Below the pieces are notes generated by a model that saw only the letters and a list, made by a program, of their open reading frames with translations, was not told where the DNA came from and made no database searches. Below, in pieces: positions 20,086-29,022 of a DNA stretch of 64,000 nt. A program made the position numbers and the translations under genes. The DNA is from Occultella glacieicola (GTDB taxonomy: Bacteria; Actinomycetota; Actinomycetes; Actinomycetales; Beutenbergiaceae): the NCBI RefSeq assembly GCF_004353825.1, contig NZ_SMNA01000005.1, positions 248,001-312,000 of the forward strand, given 5' to 3'. Every line of letters starts with the position of its first letter. Within the stretch, counting starts at the first letter, position 1.

Positions 20086-21206
20086 GCGAGACCATGCTGG
20101 CTCCGGTCACGCAACGCACGCAGGCCCGCCGGCTCTCCACGCTCGACCGGTGGCTGCCCGCGTGGATCGGGCTGGCCATGGTCGCCGGCCTGGTCCTGGG
20201 CCGGTTCGTGCCGGGCCTTGCCGACGTGCTGACGGCGCTGGAGGTCGGTGGGATGTCCGTCCCGATCGGGCTTGGCCTGCTGGTCATGATGTACCCGGTA
20301 CTGGCCAAGGTCCGCTATGACAAGGTCGGCGCAGTCACCGGTGACACGAGGCTGCTGGTCAGTTCGCTGGCGCTGAACTGGCTGCTCGGCCCCGCGCTGA
20401 TGTTCGCCCTGGCCTGGACGCTGTTGCCGGATCTGCCGGAGTACCGGACCGGGCTGATCATCGTGGGTCTGGCCCGGTGCATCGCGATGGTCGTGATCTG
20501 GAACGACCTCGCCTGCGGTGACAGGGAGGCGGCCGCCGTTCTCGTGGCGATCAACTCCGTGTTCCAGGTCATCGCGTTCTCCCTCCTCGGCTACTTCTAC
20601 CTGACGGTGCTACCCGGCTGGCTCGGCCTGGACACCCAGGGCTTGGACGTGTCCGTGGGACAGATCGCGCTCAACGTCCTGGTCTTCCTCGGGCTACCGC
20701 TCCTGGCCGGGTTCGCGTCCCGCTGGCTCGGTGAACGCACGAGGGGACGCCATTGGTACGAAGCCCGGTTCGTCCCCCGGATCGGTCCGTGGGCTCTGTA
20801 CGGCCTACTGTTCACGATCGTGCTGCTGTTCGCCCTCCAGGGCGAGGCCGTGACCTCCAACCCGCTGGACGTGGCCCGCATCGCGCTGCCCCTGCTGGTC
20901 TACTTCGCGCTCATGTGGGGCATCGGGATCGTGCTCGGGAAGGCACTGGGCCTGGGCTATGCCCGCTCCAGCACGCTCGCGTTCACCGCGGCCGGCAACA
21001 ACTTCGAGCTCGCGATCGCCGTGGCGATCGGCACCTTCGGGGCAGCGTCCGGACAGGCACTCGCCGGGGTGGTCGGCCCCCTGATCGAGGTCCCGGTCCT
21101 GGTCGGCCTCGTCTACGTCTCGCTCTGGCTCTCTCGCCGCCTGTTCCACACCGACCCCGACGGTCTGCGCGGCAGCACGCCACCTATGGAAGGGGCACAA
21201 CCATGA
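20082..21206 (+). CDS. acr3: ACR3-family arsenite efflux transporter
   Basis: LSTLDRWL, MMYPVLAKV, GLARCIAMV, AAGNNFELAIAV, GPLIEVPVL. Confidence 0.95.
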   Translation: MSETMLAPVTQRTQARRLSTLDRWLPAWIGLAMVAGLVLGRFVPGLADVLTALEVGGMSVPIGLGLLVMMYPVLAKVRYDKVGAVTGDTRLLVSSLALNWLLGPALMFALAWTLLPDLPEYRTGLIIVGLARCIAMVVIWNDLACGDREAAAVLVAINSVFQVIAFSLLGYFYLTVLPGWLGLDTQGLDVSVGQIALNVLVFLGLPLLAGFASRWLGERTRGRHWYEARFVPRIGPWALYGLLFTIVLLFALQGEAVTSNPLDVARIALPLLVYFALMWGIGIVLGKALGLGYARSSTLAFTAAGNNFELAIAVAIGTFGAASGQALAGVVGPLIEVPVLVGLVYVSLWLSRRLFHTDPDGLRGSTPPMEGAQP

Positions 21207-22225
21207 CCACCTCCGACGACGTGCGGCCCATGTCCGACGTGACCGACCCGGATTGCACCCCGCAGACCGAGTCCCATGCGATTGCCACCGAGGCCGCCAC
21301 CACGGTGGCCACCACGCTGAAGGCACTTGCCGAACCGCTCCGGTTGCGGATGCTGTCCTTCATCGCCACCGCCCCGACCGGCGAGGCCTGCGTGTGCGAC
21401 CTCGCCGCCCTGACCGACGTCTCCCAGCCGACCGTCTCCCACCACCTGAAAGTCCTACGTGAGGTGGGGATCCTCACCTCCGAACGGCGCGGCACCTGGG
21501 TCTGGTATCGCATCGAACCCGGCTACCGCGGCGCGGTCGCGACACTGCTGGACTCCTTCGCACCGGCCGCCCTCGAGGCACCACACCGTCGGCAGGCACT
21601 CGGTGGCCTGCAGGCCGTCGATCCGGTGCTCGATCGCATGGCCACCGAACTTGCGCCCTCCTTCCCCGGCGTTCACGTCGACGTGGTGCAGCGGATCGTC
21701 CGCGAGTCCTACACCGGCCTCGCCCGCACCGCGAAGGTGTCTGCGCACCTGATCTCGCTCGCCGAGCGGTTCGCTCGGCAGCGGCTCACCGACACCACCC
21801 GGGAGGCCACAACCTCGGTCCCGCAGGTGCTGTTCGTCTGTGTCGCGAACGCCGGTCGCTCCCAACTCGCCGCGGCCCTGATGCACCGCTACGCGGGCGA
21901 CCGCGTCACCGTCCGTTCTGCCGGTTCCACCCCCGCCGCCGACGTCCACACCGGGGTCCGTGAGGCCCTGGCCAACCTCGGCACCACCGACGCCTACCCC
22001 AAGCCCCTCACCGATGACGCCGTCCGCGCGGCCGATGTCGTGATCACGATGGGCTGCGGTGATGTCTGCCCGATCCTGCCCGGCATCCGCTATGAGGACT
22101 GGCTGGTGGGCGACCCCGCGCTGGCCTCACCCGCCGGCATCGCCGCGATCCGCGCCGACCTCGACACCCGCGTCCGGGGTCTCCTCGCCGACCTGCTGCC
22201 CGACCTCACGCTGCCCACCACCTGA
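21203..22225 (+). CDS. ArsR regulator fused via a helical linker to an LMW-PTP arsenate reductase domain
   Basis: EACVCDL...SQPTVSHHLK (ArsR); SYTGLARTAKV...AERFARQRL (helical bundle); FVCVANAGRSQ and ITMGCGDVC (ArsC). ATG at 21203. Confidence 0.88.
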   Translation: MTTSDDVRPMSDVTDPDCTPQTESHAIATEAATTVATTLKALAEPLRLRMLSFIATAPTGEACVCDLAALTDVSQPTVSHHLKVLREVGILTSERRGTWVWYRIEPGYRGAVATLLDSFAPAALEAPHRRQALGGLQAVDPVLDRMATELAPSFPGVHVDVVQRIVRESYTGLARTAKVSAHLISLAERFARQRLTDTTREATTSVPQVLFVCVANAGRSQLAAALMHRYAGDRVTVRSAGSTPAADVHTGVREALANLGTTDAYPKPLTDDAVRAADVVITMGCGDVCPILPGIRYEDWLVGDPALASPAGIAAIRADLDTRVRGLLADLLPDLTLPTT

Positions 22226-22243
22226 GCCATTGGAGCCAACGTC

Positions 22244-22675
22244 ATGACCACCACCCCCCAGGCGTCCGCACTGTTCGTGTGTGTCCACAACGCCGGCCGC
22301 TCGCAGATGGCCGCCGGGTTCCTGCGCACCCTCTCCGGCGGGCGAGTCGACGTCCGCTCCGCCGGGTCCACGCCCGCCGACCAGGTCAACCCGGTCGCCG
22401 TCCAGGCGATGGCCGAGGTCGGCATCGACATCGGCGCCGAACAGCCCAAGGTCCTGACGACCGACGCCGTGCGGGCCTCGGACGTCGTCATCACCATGGG
22501 CTGCGGCGACGCCTGCCCCATCTTCCCTGGCAAGCGCTACGAGGACTGGACCCTCGAGGACCCGGCCGGGCAGGGCATCGAATCCGTCCGCGAGATCCGC
22601 GATGAGATCCGAGCGCGAGTGCTGACACTGCTCGACGAACTGGGAGTCAACCCTGACGCTCCCGGCCGTCAGTAG
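22244..22675 (+). CDS. arsC: Arsenate reductase (LMW-PTP fold, thioredoxin-coupled type)
   Basis: FVCVHNAGRSQMA, ITMGCGDACP, DWTLEDPAG. Confidence 0.93.
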   Translation: MTTTPQASALFVCVHNAGRSQMAAGFLRTLSGGRVDVRSAGSTPADQVNPVAVQAMAEVGIDIGAEQPKVLTTDAVRASDVVITMGCGDACPIFPGKRYEDWTLEDPAGQGIESVREIRDEIRARVLTLLDELGVNPDAPGRQ

Positions 22676-22811
22676 CCCCGTGCTCTGACCCGATCAGCAG
22701 GAGGGCGATCGAACCAGCATCTCTCCCGGGCTTCAATGGGTCGCACCGGACCGGCTGGTACGGTCCCGGCATGGCTGTGACGACCCCGCGTCCTCCGACC
22801 CGGGCCCGGTC

Positions 22812-23171
22812 ATGACCTCGCTGCCCGAGCCCGTCTGGCCGATGGTGCTGCTCGCCCTCATCCAACTGGTCGACGGGGCACTATGCCTCAAGCCGGCAAG
22901 GTTCATCGCCGAGTGTTTCGAGGACGTGCACTTCCCCCGGCGGTTCTGGTGGGTGACCCCGCCGATCAAGTTCGCCGCCGCGGCCGGGCTGGTCGCAGGC
23001 ATCTGGATCCCCTATCTCGGCGCCCTCACCTGCGGCGCGCTGGTCCTGTACTTCGTGGTCGCCATCTCGGCGCACCTGCGGGCGAGGGACTTCGGCCGGA
23101 ACCTCTTCGTCAACGCCACCGGCATGCTCGTGGTCTGCGTCGCCACCGGCCTCTTCTGCTTCGTGCTCTGA
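22812..23171 (+). CDS. DoxX-like small membrane protein
   Basis: Hydrophobic; AAAGLVAGIW...LYFVVAISAHLRARD is typical of DoxX_2-like proteins. Confidence 0.75.
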   Translation: MTSLPEPVWPMVLLALIQLVDGALCLKPARFIAECFEDVHFPRRFWWVTPPIKFAAAAGLVAGIWIPYLGALTCGALVLYFVVAISAHLRARDFGRNLFVNATGMLVVCVATGLFCFVL

Positions 23172-23180
23172 GCGCCGCCG

Positions 23181-24275
23181 TCAGGCACCGTCGTCCGGTG
23201 CGGCCGCGGGCAGGCGCACCGTCACCCGAAGTCCACCCTCGGCGAGGGCGGTGAGCGCGAGCGTCCCGTCGTGCGCCGACGCGATGCTCTTCACGATCGC
23301 GAGGCCGAGTCCGACTCCGCCGTGGTCGTGGCGGATGCGTTGGGTGCCACGCTGGAACGGCTCGGTGAGCGTGGTGACCTGGGCCGGGGTCAGCACGGCG
23401 CCGGTGTTCTCGACCGTGAGCAGCACGGTGTCCGGCCGGGCGTCGGTACCGACGTGCACGGTGCCGTGGTCGGGCAGGTTGTGGACGATCGCGTTGTGCA
23501 CGAGGTTCGTGGTCAGCTGCAGCAGGAGCGCAGGCGAGCCGGTCGTGGCGGCGGTGGCCCCGCCGGCCTCGATGCTGACGCCACGTGCCTCCGCGAGCGG
23601 CAAGAGGGTCTCGGTGGCGTCCTCCACGAGCAGCGACAGGTCGACGCGTTCGCGGGTGAAGGAGCGCTGGTCGGCCCGGCTGAGCAGGAGCAGCGCCTCG
23701 GTCAGCTCGATCGCGCGGGTGTTCACGGCGCGCAGGTGTTCCTCGAGTTCGCCGCCGCTGCGGTCGGGGTCGTCGCGGGCGACGTCCAGGAGCGCCTGCG
23801 TGATCGCCAATGGGGTGCGCAGTTCATGGGACGCGTTCGCCGCGAACCTGCGCTGCTCGTCGACGTGCGCCTCGAGCCGGGCGAGCATGTCGTCGAAGCT
23901 GTCGGCGAGCTCGCGGAACTCGTCCCGGCGTCCCTCCAGGTCGATCCGGTGGGAGAGCGATCCGGTCGAGGCCTTGCGGGTAGCGCGGGTGATCCGTCGC
24001 AGGGGTGCCAGCATCCGGCCGGCCAGGAACCATCCTCCGACCAGGCCGAAGACCAGCAGGAACGCCAGCGCCCAGGCCACCCGGGGGGCGAATGCCCGGA
24101 TCAGGTCGCCGCGGCCGGGTACGAACCCGCCGCGGGTCGGGATCGCCTCCTCGGGCACGTAGCGCAGGAGGAACGCCCACACGACCGCGAGCAACAGCGC
24201 ACCCGCCACCATGAGGAACCCGGCGTAGCTCAGGGTGAGCTTGAGACGAACGCTCGGGCCGGGTGCCCTAGCCAC
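23181..24275 (-). CDS. vanS: VanS-like sensor histidine kinase (Streptomyces type)
   Basis: SVRLKLTLSYAGFL, HAMP domain, RFAANASHELRTPLA, NLVHNAIVHN, GVGLGLAIV; GTG at 24275 overlaps the vanR stop. Confidence 0.85.
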   Translation of the reverse strand: MARAPGPSVRLKLTLSYAGFLMVAGALLLAVVWAFLLRYVPEEAIPTRGGFVPGRGDLIRAFAPRVAWALAFLLVFGLVGGWFLAGRMLAPLRRITRATRKASTGSLSHRIDLEGRRDEFRELADSFDDMLARLEAHVDEQRRFAANASHELRTPLAITQALLDVARDDPDRSGGELEEHLRAVNTRAIELTEALLLLSRADQRSFTRERVDLSLLVEDATETLLPLAEARGVSIEAGGATAATTGSPALLLQLTTNLVHNAIVHNLPDHGTVHVGTDARPDTVLLTVENTGAVLTPAQVTTLTEPFQRGTQRIRHDHGGVGLGLAIVKSIASAHDGTLALTALAEGGLRVTVRLPAAAPDDGA

Positions 24276-24963
24276 GGTCGCTCCGCGGGGCACCGGACTC
24301 CGGGCCGGCGTCGATGCGGTAGCCGACACCGGGCACGGTGGCGATCAGCCAGGGTTCGCCGAGTCGTTTGCGAAGCGCGGACACCGTGATCCGTACGGCG
24401 TTCGTGAAGGGATCGGCGTTCTCGTCCCAGGCCCGTTCCAGGAGTTCCTCGGCGCTGATGACCCCGCCCTCGGCCGCGACCAGCACCTCGAGGACGGCGA
24501 ACTGCTTCCTGGTGAGCGCGACGTGCCGGCCGTCCCGGTAGACCTCGCGGCGGAACGGGTCCAGCCGCAGGCCGGCGATCTCCCGCACCGGTGGTCGGCT
24601 GTGCGCCCGCCGGCGGTCGAGGGCGCGGAGCCGGAGTACGAGCTCACGCATCTCGAACGGCTTCGTGAGGTAGTCGTCCGCGCCGAGCTCGAAGCCGGAG
24701 GCCTTGTCGTCGAGCCGGTCGGCCGCGGTCAGCATCAGGATCGGGGTGCCGGCACCCGAGGAGACGATGTGTGCGGCGACAGCGTCGCCGGAGGGTCCGG
24801 GGATGTCCCGGTCGAGCACGGCGATGTCGTAGGTGTTGACGCTCAGAAGTTCCAGCGCGGCGTCGCCGTCGCCGGCGATGTCGGCGGCGATCGCCGCCAG
24901 CCGGAGCCCGTCGCGCACGGCCTGCGCCATCAGGGGCTCGTCCTCGACGACCAAGACACGCAT
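24268..24963 (-). CDS. vanR: VanR-like OmpR-family response regulator
   Basis: MRVLVVEDEP, VLDRDIPGPSGD, GADDYLTKPF, AWDENADPFTNAVRITVSALRKRLGEP. Confidence 0.87.
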   Translation of the reverse strand: MRVLVVEDEPLMAQAVRDGLRLAAIAADIAGDGDAALELLSVNTYDIAVLDRDIPGPSGDAVAAHIVSSGAGTPILMLTAADRLDDKASGFELGADDYLTKPFEMRELVLRLRALDRRRAHSRPPVREIAGLRLDPFRREVYRDGRHVALTRKQFAVLEVLVAAEGGVISAEELLERAWDENADPFTNAVRITVSALRKRLGEPWLIATVPGVGYRIDAGPESGAPRSDRG

Positions 24964-25050
24964 GCGTCCGATGCTACGAGCCCGTACCTATCGTGGGCAT
25001 ATCGGAAACCGCATACGGGGCGGCAACATCCCGCTCGCTTGACTGACGCC

Positions 25051-25710
25051 ATGCGTCGACGGAACCCACCACCAGCACGGACCCACACGACCTTCTGGAC
25101 CACCGCCGTCGGGCTCCTGGTCGTCCTCGCGGCGATCGCCGGCCTGCTCGGACACCGGTCCGGGCCGACGGCGGCGGCCCCGCCGTCGACGTCGTGGTCG
25201 CTCGAGGGCATCGTCGGCGAGGGCGAGGCGGCCGAGGCGCCCGACGACGGAACGATCGGTCCCGAGGACGGCGTCCTGCCCGAGGGCACGTCCGTCTTCG
25301 ACGACCGGTTCGCCGGTGTCGTCAACGTCGACCCGGCGCTGCTGCAGGCCTTGCGCGACGCGGCGGCGGATGCCGCCGAGCGCGACATCGCGTTCGAGCT
25401 GAACAGCGGCTGGCGCTCCCCCGAGTACCAGGATCAGCTCCTGGAGGAGGCGGTCACCGAGTACGGGTCACGAGCGGAGGCGGCCCGATGGGTCGCCACC
25501 GCGGACACGTCGCCGCACGTCTCCGGGGACGCCGTCGACGTCGGGCCGTACGCGGCGATGGACTGGTTGGCCCAGCACGGCGACGAGTACGGGCTGTGCC
25601 AGATCTACGGGAACGAGCCCTGGCACTACGAGCTGCGCCCGGAGGCGGTCGACGGCCGGTGCCCGCGGATGTACGCCGACCCGACGGAGGATCCCCGGAT
25701 GGCCCCATGA
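25051..25710 (+). CDS. M15B D-Ala-D-Ala carboxypeptidase (VanY-like), membrane anchored
   Basis: N-terminal TM helix, NSGWRS, SPHVSGDAVD (SxHxxGxAxD), NEPWH; ATG at 25051. Confidence 0.88.
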   Translation: MRRRNPPPARTHTTFWTTAVGLLVVLAAIAGLLGHRSGPTAAAPPSTSWSLEGIVGEGEAAEAPDDGTIGPEDGVLPEGTSVFDDRFAGVVNVDPALLQALRDAAADAAERDIAFELNSGWRSPEYQDQLLEEAVTEYGSRAEAARWVATADTSPHVSGDAVDVGPYAAMDWLAQHGDEYGLCQIYGNEPWHYELRPEAVDGRCPRMYADPTEDPRMAP

Positions 25711-25789
25711 CCCGTTCCGGGAGGTCGGGGAGGCTGTGCGCCCAGATGCGCCATTCCGGCAAGACGTGATAAGAGGTATCGTACGTTGC

Positions 25790-26365
25790 ATGACAGCGTT
25801 CCACTCCCCCGAGATCGAGGCCGCTGCCGACCGGCACGGACTCGACACCGACGCGTTCCTCGCCGCGCTCGACGACCTCGTCAACTCCACCGCCACCGCC
25901 ACACAGACCGAGAAGGACTACCTCCTCACCCACGGCGGGATCGGGCCCGAGACACTCACCCCACACGCGCAAGCGCACGCACTGCGCGTCATCGAGGTCG
26001 CCACCGAAGCCGCCGACCGCGACGCCACCGAACAAGGGATCAGCACGGCAGACGTAGCTGCCCGGTACAGCTACCAGAAGTCGAACATCAGCCGCATGGT
26101 CGCCAACCGCGACCTCTACGCACTCAAGCAGGCCCGAGGCGCTGGATCGGTGTTCCCGTCCTGGCAGTTCACCGACACCGGGCCACTGCCAGGGCTGCGG
26201 CACGTCCTGCCCGAGTTCCCAGACGACTACCACCCCCTCGACATCGCCGCGTTCATGACCACCCCCACCGACGGTCTCGAAGGCCGGACGCCGCGGGGCT
26301 GGCTCGCCACCGGCGGAGACCCGGCACGGGTCGCGAGCCTCGTCGCCGAGCTCGCGATCGCATGA
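25790..26365 (+). CDS. Putative antitoxin of a RES toxin (HTH plus MbcA/Xre-like C-terminus)
   Basis: STADVAARY...NISRMV HTH, VFPSWQF, FMTTP..LEGRTPRGWL; ATGA overlap with the RES gene. Confidence 0.75.
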   Translation: MTAFHSPEIEAAADRHGLDTDAFLAALDDLVNSTATATQTEKDYLLTHGGIGPETLTPHAQAHALRVIEVATEAADRDATEQGISTADVAARYSYQKSNISRMVANRDLYALKQARGAGSVFPSWQFTDTGPLPGLRHVLPEFPDDYHPLDIAAFMTTPTDGLEGRTPRGWLATGGDPARVASLVAELAIA

Positions 26366-27006
26366 CTGGCAAGAACCCACAGACCCCACCTGCGCCGCTC
26401 ACCGCAGACCCCGCCGATTTCACCACCCACACCGACCCGCTGTGGAGGATCCACCGCACCACCGGCGCGTATCGGCAACGCTGGGACGAGATGCGCACCG
26501 TCGGCCCCCTCGTCCAGATGCGATGGGACCCACACCACCCAGCTGGTCCAGGGCCGGTGCGGGCGGTGACGTACACCGCCACCGATGTGCTCACAGCGTT
26601 CGGGGAGGCGTTCCAGACGCGGCGCCGGATCGTGCTGTCCGAGCACCAGTCGCTCGTCTCATGGGTGCCTTCCCGCCCGCTTCGGCTGCTGAGTCTGCTG
26701 CCCCCGACGACCCCGACCGGGACGCCCTGGGCGCTGCGCAACGGTGCGTCAGCATCGCTGGACTCCGCCCCGAAATCGACGTGCCGTGCGTGGGCGCGGT
26801 CGATCGCAGAGACCTGGCCTGATCTCGACGGTATCCACGTGCGTTCGCCCGTCACCGGACAGCCCATGGTCACGCTGTTCGCACCCGCCGCCACCACCTA
26901 CCCCGTTGACCCGGCCTACTCCCGCCGGCTCGATGACTCTGCGGTCGCCGCCATCGCCGTCCATGTCGCCATCGCCCTCAACTGGACCCCACCGGTCAGA
27001 GGCTGA
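26362..27006 (+). CDS. RES-domain toxin (NAD+ phosphorylase family)
   Basis: LWRIHR, RWDPH, YTATDVLTAFGE, DLDGIHVRS (R-E-S residues). Confidence 0.8.
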   Translation: MTGKNPQTPPAPLTADPADFTTHTDPLWRIHRTTGAYRQRWDEMRTVGPLVQMRWDPHHPAGPGPVRAVTYTATDVLTAFGEAFQTRRRIVLSEHQSLVSWVPSRPLRLLSLLPPTTPTGTPWALRNGASASLDSAPKSTCRAWARSIAETWPDLDGIHVRSPVTGQPMVTLFAPAATTYPVDPAYSRRLDDSAVAAIAVHVAIALNWTPPVRG

Positions 27007-27167
27007 CCACACTCCGCATGACGGCAGCAAGCCCGGAATCTCAACGATCCAGACCCTTGCCGCGCGGCGCCGCAACCCTCGCTCGGGCCGGCGGTGGTTC
27101 GAACCATCGCATGGCCACAGACACGAGGAAGCCCCGCCAAACCAGCGGTTCAGCGGGGTCCTCCATC

Positions 27168-27243
27168 TGGTGGAGCTAGGGGGATTCGAACCCCCGACCT
27201 TCTCATTGCGAACGAGACGCGCTACCAACTGCGCCATAGCCCC
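27168..27243 (-). tRNA. tRNA-Ala (anticodon CGC), CCA encoded
   Basis: GGGGCTATGGCGCAGTTGGTAGCGCGTCTCGTTCGCAATGAGAAGGTCGGGGGTTCGAATCCCCCTAGCTCCACCA. Confidence 0.97.
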
Positions 27244-27306
27244 AAGATCGACGTTCAGATTACCACCTCGCGCAGGCCCGTTGCGACGCCGCGGACGTGG
27301 CCGGGA

Positions 27307-28395
27307 TCACTGCCCGGAGGCGCGGCGGCGGGCCAGCACGGCCTGCAGGTTCATCGCCGGAGCGGCGGGTTCTGCCGGTGCGTCGGCCGGGTCGTGCTCC
27401 GTGGCCTCGGCGGTCGCGTCCAGGCTGGTCTCGGACGGCGCGGGCACCTCGGTGTCAGCCTCGTCGGTCGCGCTCGCGGCCGTGGTCTGCTCGTCCGTCT
27501 CGAACGGAGCGACCTCCCGACGGCGCACGGCCGGCTTGAGCGTGTAGGTGGGGGCGGGCACGGGCACCGGGGTCCAGCCCTCACCCTCGGGCAGCTCCGG
27601 ACCGGCACGATGCGCGACCGGCTCCTCCGGCAGCAGGGACGCCGGGTCGACGTCGATGCGCAGGCTGGGCCGGGTGCCGGTGGCCGCGGCCGGGCGGGCC
27701 CGCCGCTCGGTCCGCTCCGTGCGCTCGGTCCGTTCGGGGCCGGGGGTCGTCGAGCCCGTGCCCGGGCGCTCGGCGGCACCGTCCCGGCGGGTTCCCTTGG
27801 AGTGCCGCACGGGGGCCTCGGCGCGGTCGATCGTGCCGACCGGGGCGAACGGGTCACGGGTGTCGCGGGCCACCTCGGCGCGCCAGCGTGCGTCGGCGAC
27901 CGCCGCCCGGGCCGAGGCACGACGGCCGGCGACGACCACGGCGAGCAGGAGCACGGAGGGCACGATCGCGGCGGCGACCGGCAGCGACGCGACGGCGAAC
28001 AGGGTCCAGGTCACGGCGGTGGCACCGAGCAGCAGCAGGGTCAGGGCGAGCCGACGGCGGGCGGCCGCGGCCCGGCGGCTCGCGGCGGCGGCGCGTGCGG
28101 CCCGGGAGGCGGCGGCACGGCGGGCATCGGCAGCGGCGAGCCGGTCGCCGCGGGCCACGGGCGTGTGCATGGGTGCCTCCGGTTGTTCGATCCGCGGGTG
28201 GACGTATCCGCGGTTACTGCGCTCGGCCTTGGGCTCGGGCGGGTCGCCCGCCCTCGCCACCACTCGGAGGTCCTCGGAGAACCGGTCCTCGACCCGGGAG
28301 TCGAGAACCACCTGCCGGGACCGGATCACGGACGGCAGCAGGAAGGCGAAGAACATGACGAGGATCGCCGTCACCGCATAGCCGCCGAAACTCAC
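27307..28395 (-). CDS. Divisome-associated membrane protein, SepX/GlpR-like
   Basis: N-terminal TM, DRFSEDLRVV, Arg/Ala-rich segment, TM pair, WTPVPVPAPTYTLKP; conserved position between rimJ and tRNA-Ala. Confidence 0.75.
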   Translation of the reverse strand: MSFGGYAVTAILVMFFAFLLPSVIRSRQVVLDSRVEDRFSEDLRVVARAGDPPEPKAERSNRGYVHPRIEQPEAPMHTPVARGDRLAAADARRAAASRAARAAAASRRAAAARRRLALTLLLLGATAVTWTLFAVASLPVAAAIVPSVLLLAVVVAGRRASARAAVADARWRAEVARDTRDPFAPVGTIDRAEAPVRHSKGTRRDGAAERPGTGSTTPGPERTERTERTERRARPAAATGTRPSLRIDVDPASLLPEEPVAHRAGPELPEGEGWTPVPVPAPTYTLKPAVRRREVAPFETDEQTTAASATDEADTEVPAPSETSLDATAEATEHDPADAPAEPAAPAMNLQAVLARRRASGQ

Positions 28396-28458
28396 ATCCC
28401 GACGGTAGAACGCGCAGGTCCCGCTACTGCCGACCGGCCCCGGCGTGTCGGGCGAAGA

Positions 28459-29022
28459 TCAGGGCAGGCGCGCCGTCAGACCGCCCCGAGCCTCCTCGAC
28501 CGTCAGCGCGAACGTGCGGTGGTCCGCCCACGTCCCGTTGATGTGCAGGTAGCGCTCCCGGATGCCCTCGTCCCGGAATCCGAGCTTGGCGACGACCCGC
28601 AGGCTCGCCGCGTTCTCCGGCCGGATGTTGATCTCCACGCGGTGCAGCCCGAGCTCGAGGAAGCAGTAGTCGGTCGCGAGGGCCACACAGACGGGCACGA
28701 TCCCACGGCCGGCCATCTCCTCGGCGATCCAGTAGCCGATGGTCGCCGATTGCAACGAGCCCCGGGTCACCGACGAGACCGTCAGCTGCCCGACCATCCG
28801 CCGGTCCACCTCGATCACGGCGGCGTAGCCCTCACCGCGCCGGGCTGCCCGGTTCTGGCCCCGCACGTACTGGGCGAAGGTGGGCCGGAACGCGTTCGCC
28901 TCCGGTGAGGTCGCCTCCCAGGGCCGCAGCCAGCCGGCGTTGCGCATCCTCAGGTCGTCCCAGGCGACCCGGTCGCGCAACCGCAGCGGGCGCAGCCGGA
29001 TGCCACCGTGGACGAGGTCCAT
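28459..29022 (-). CDS. rimJ: RimJ/RimL-family GNAT N-acetyltransferase
   Basis: WLRPWEAT, IGYWI, LGLHRVEINIRPENAASLRVVAKLGFRDEG, YLHINGTWADH. Confidence 0.88.
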   Translation of the reverse strand: MDLVHGGIRLRPLRLRDRVAWDDLRMRNAGWLRPWEATSPEANAFRPTFAQYVRGQNRAARRGEGYAAVIEVDRRMVGQLTVSSVTRGSLQSATIGYWIAEEMAGRGIVPVCVALATDYCFLELGLHRVEINIRPENAASLRVVAKLGFRDEGIRERYLHINGTWADHRTFALTVEEARGGLTARLP

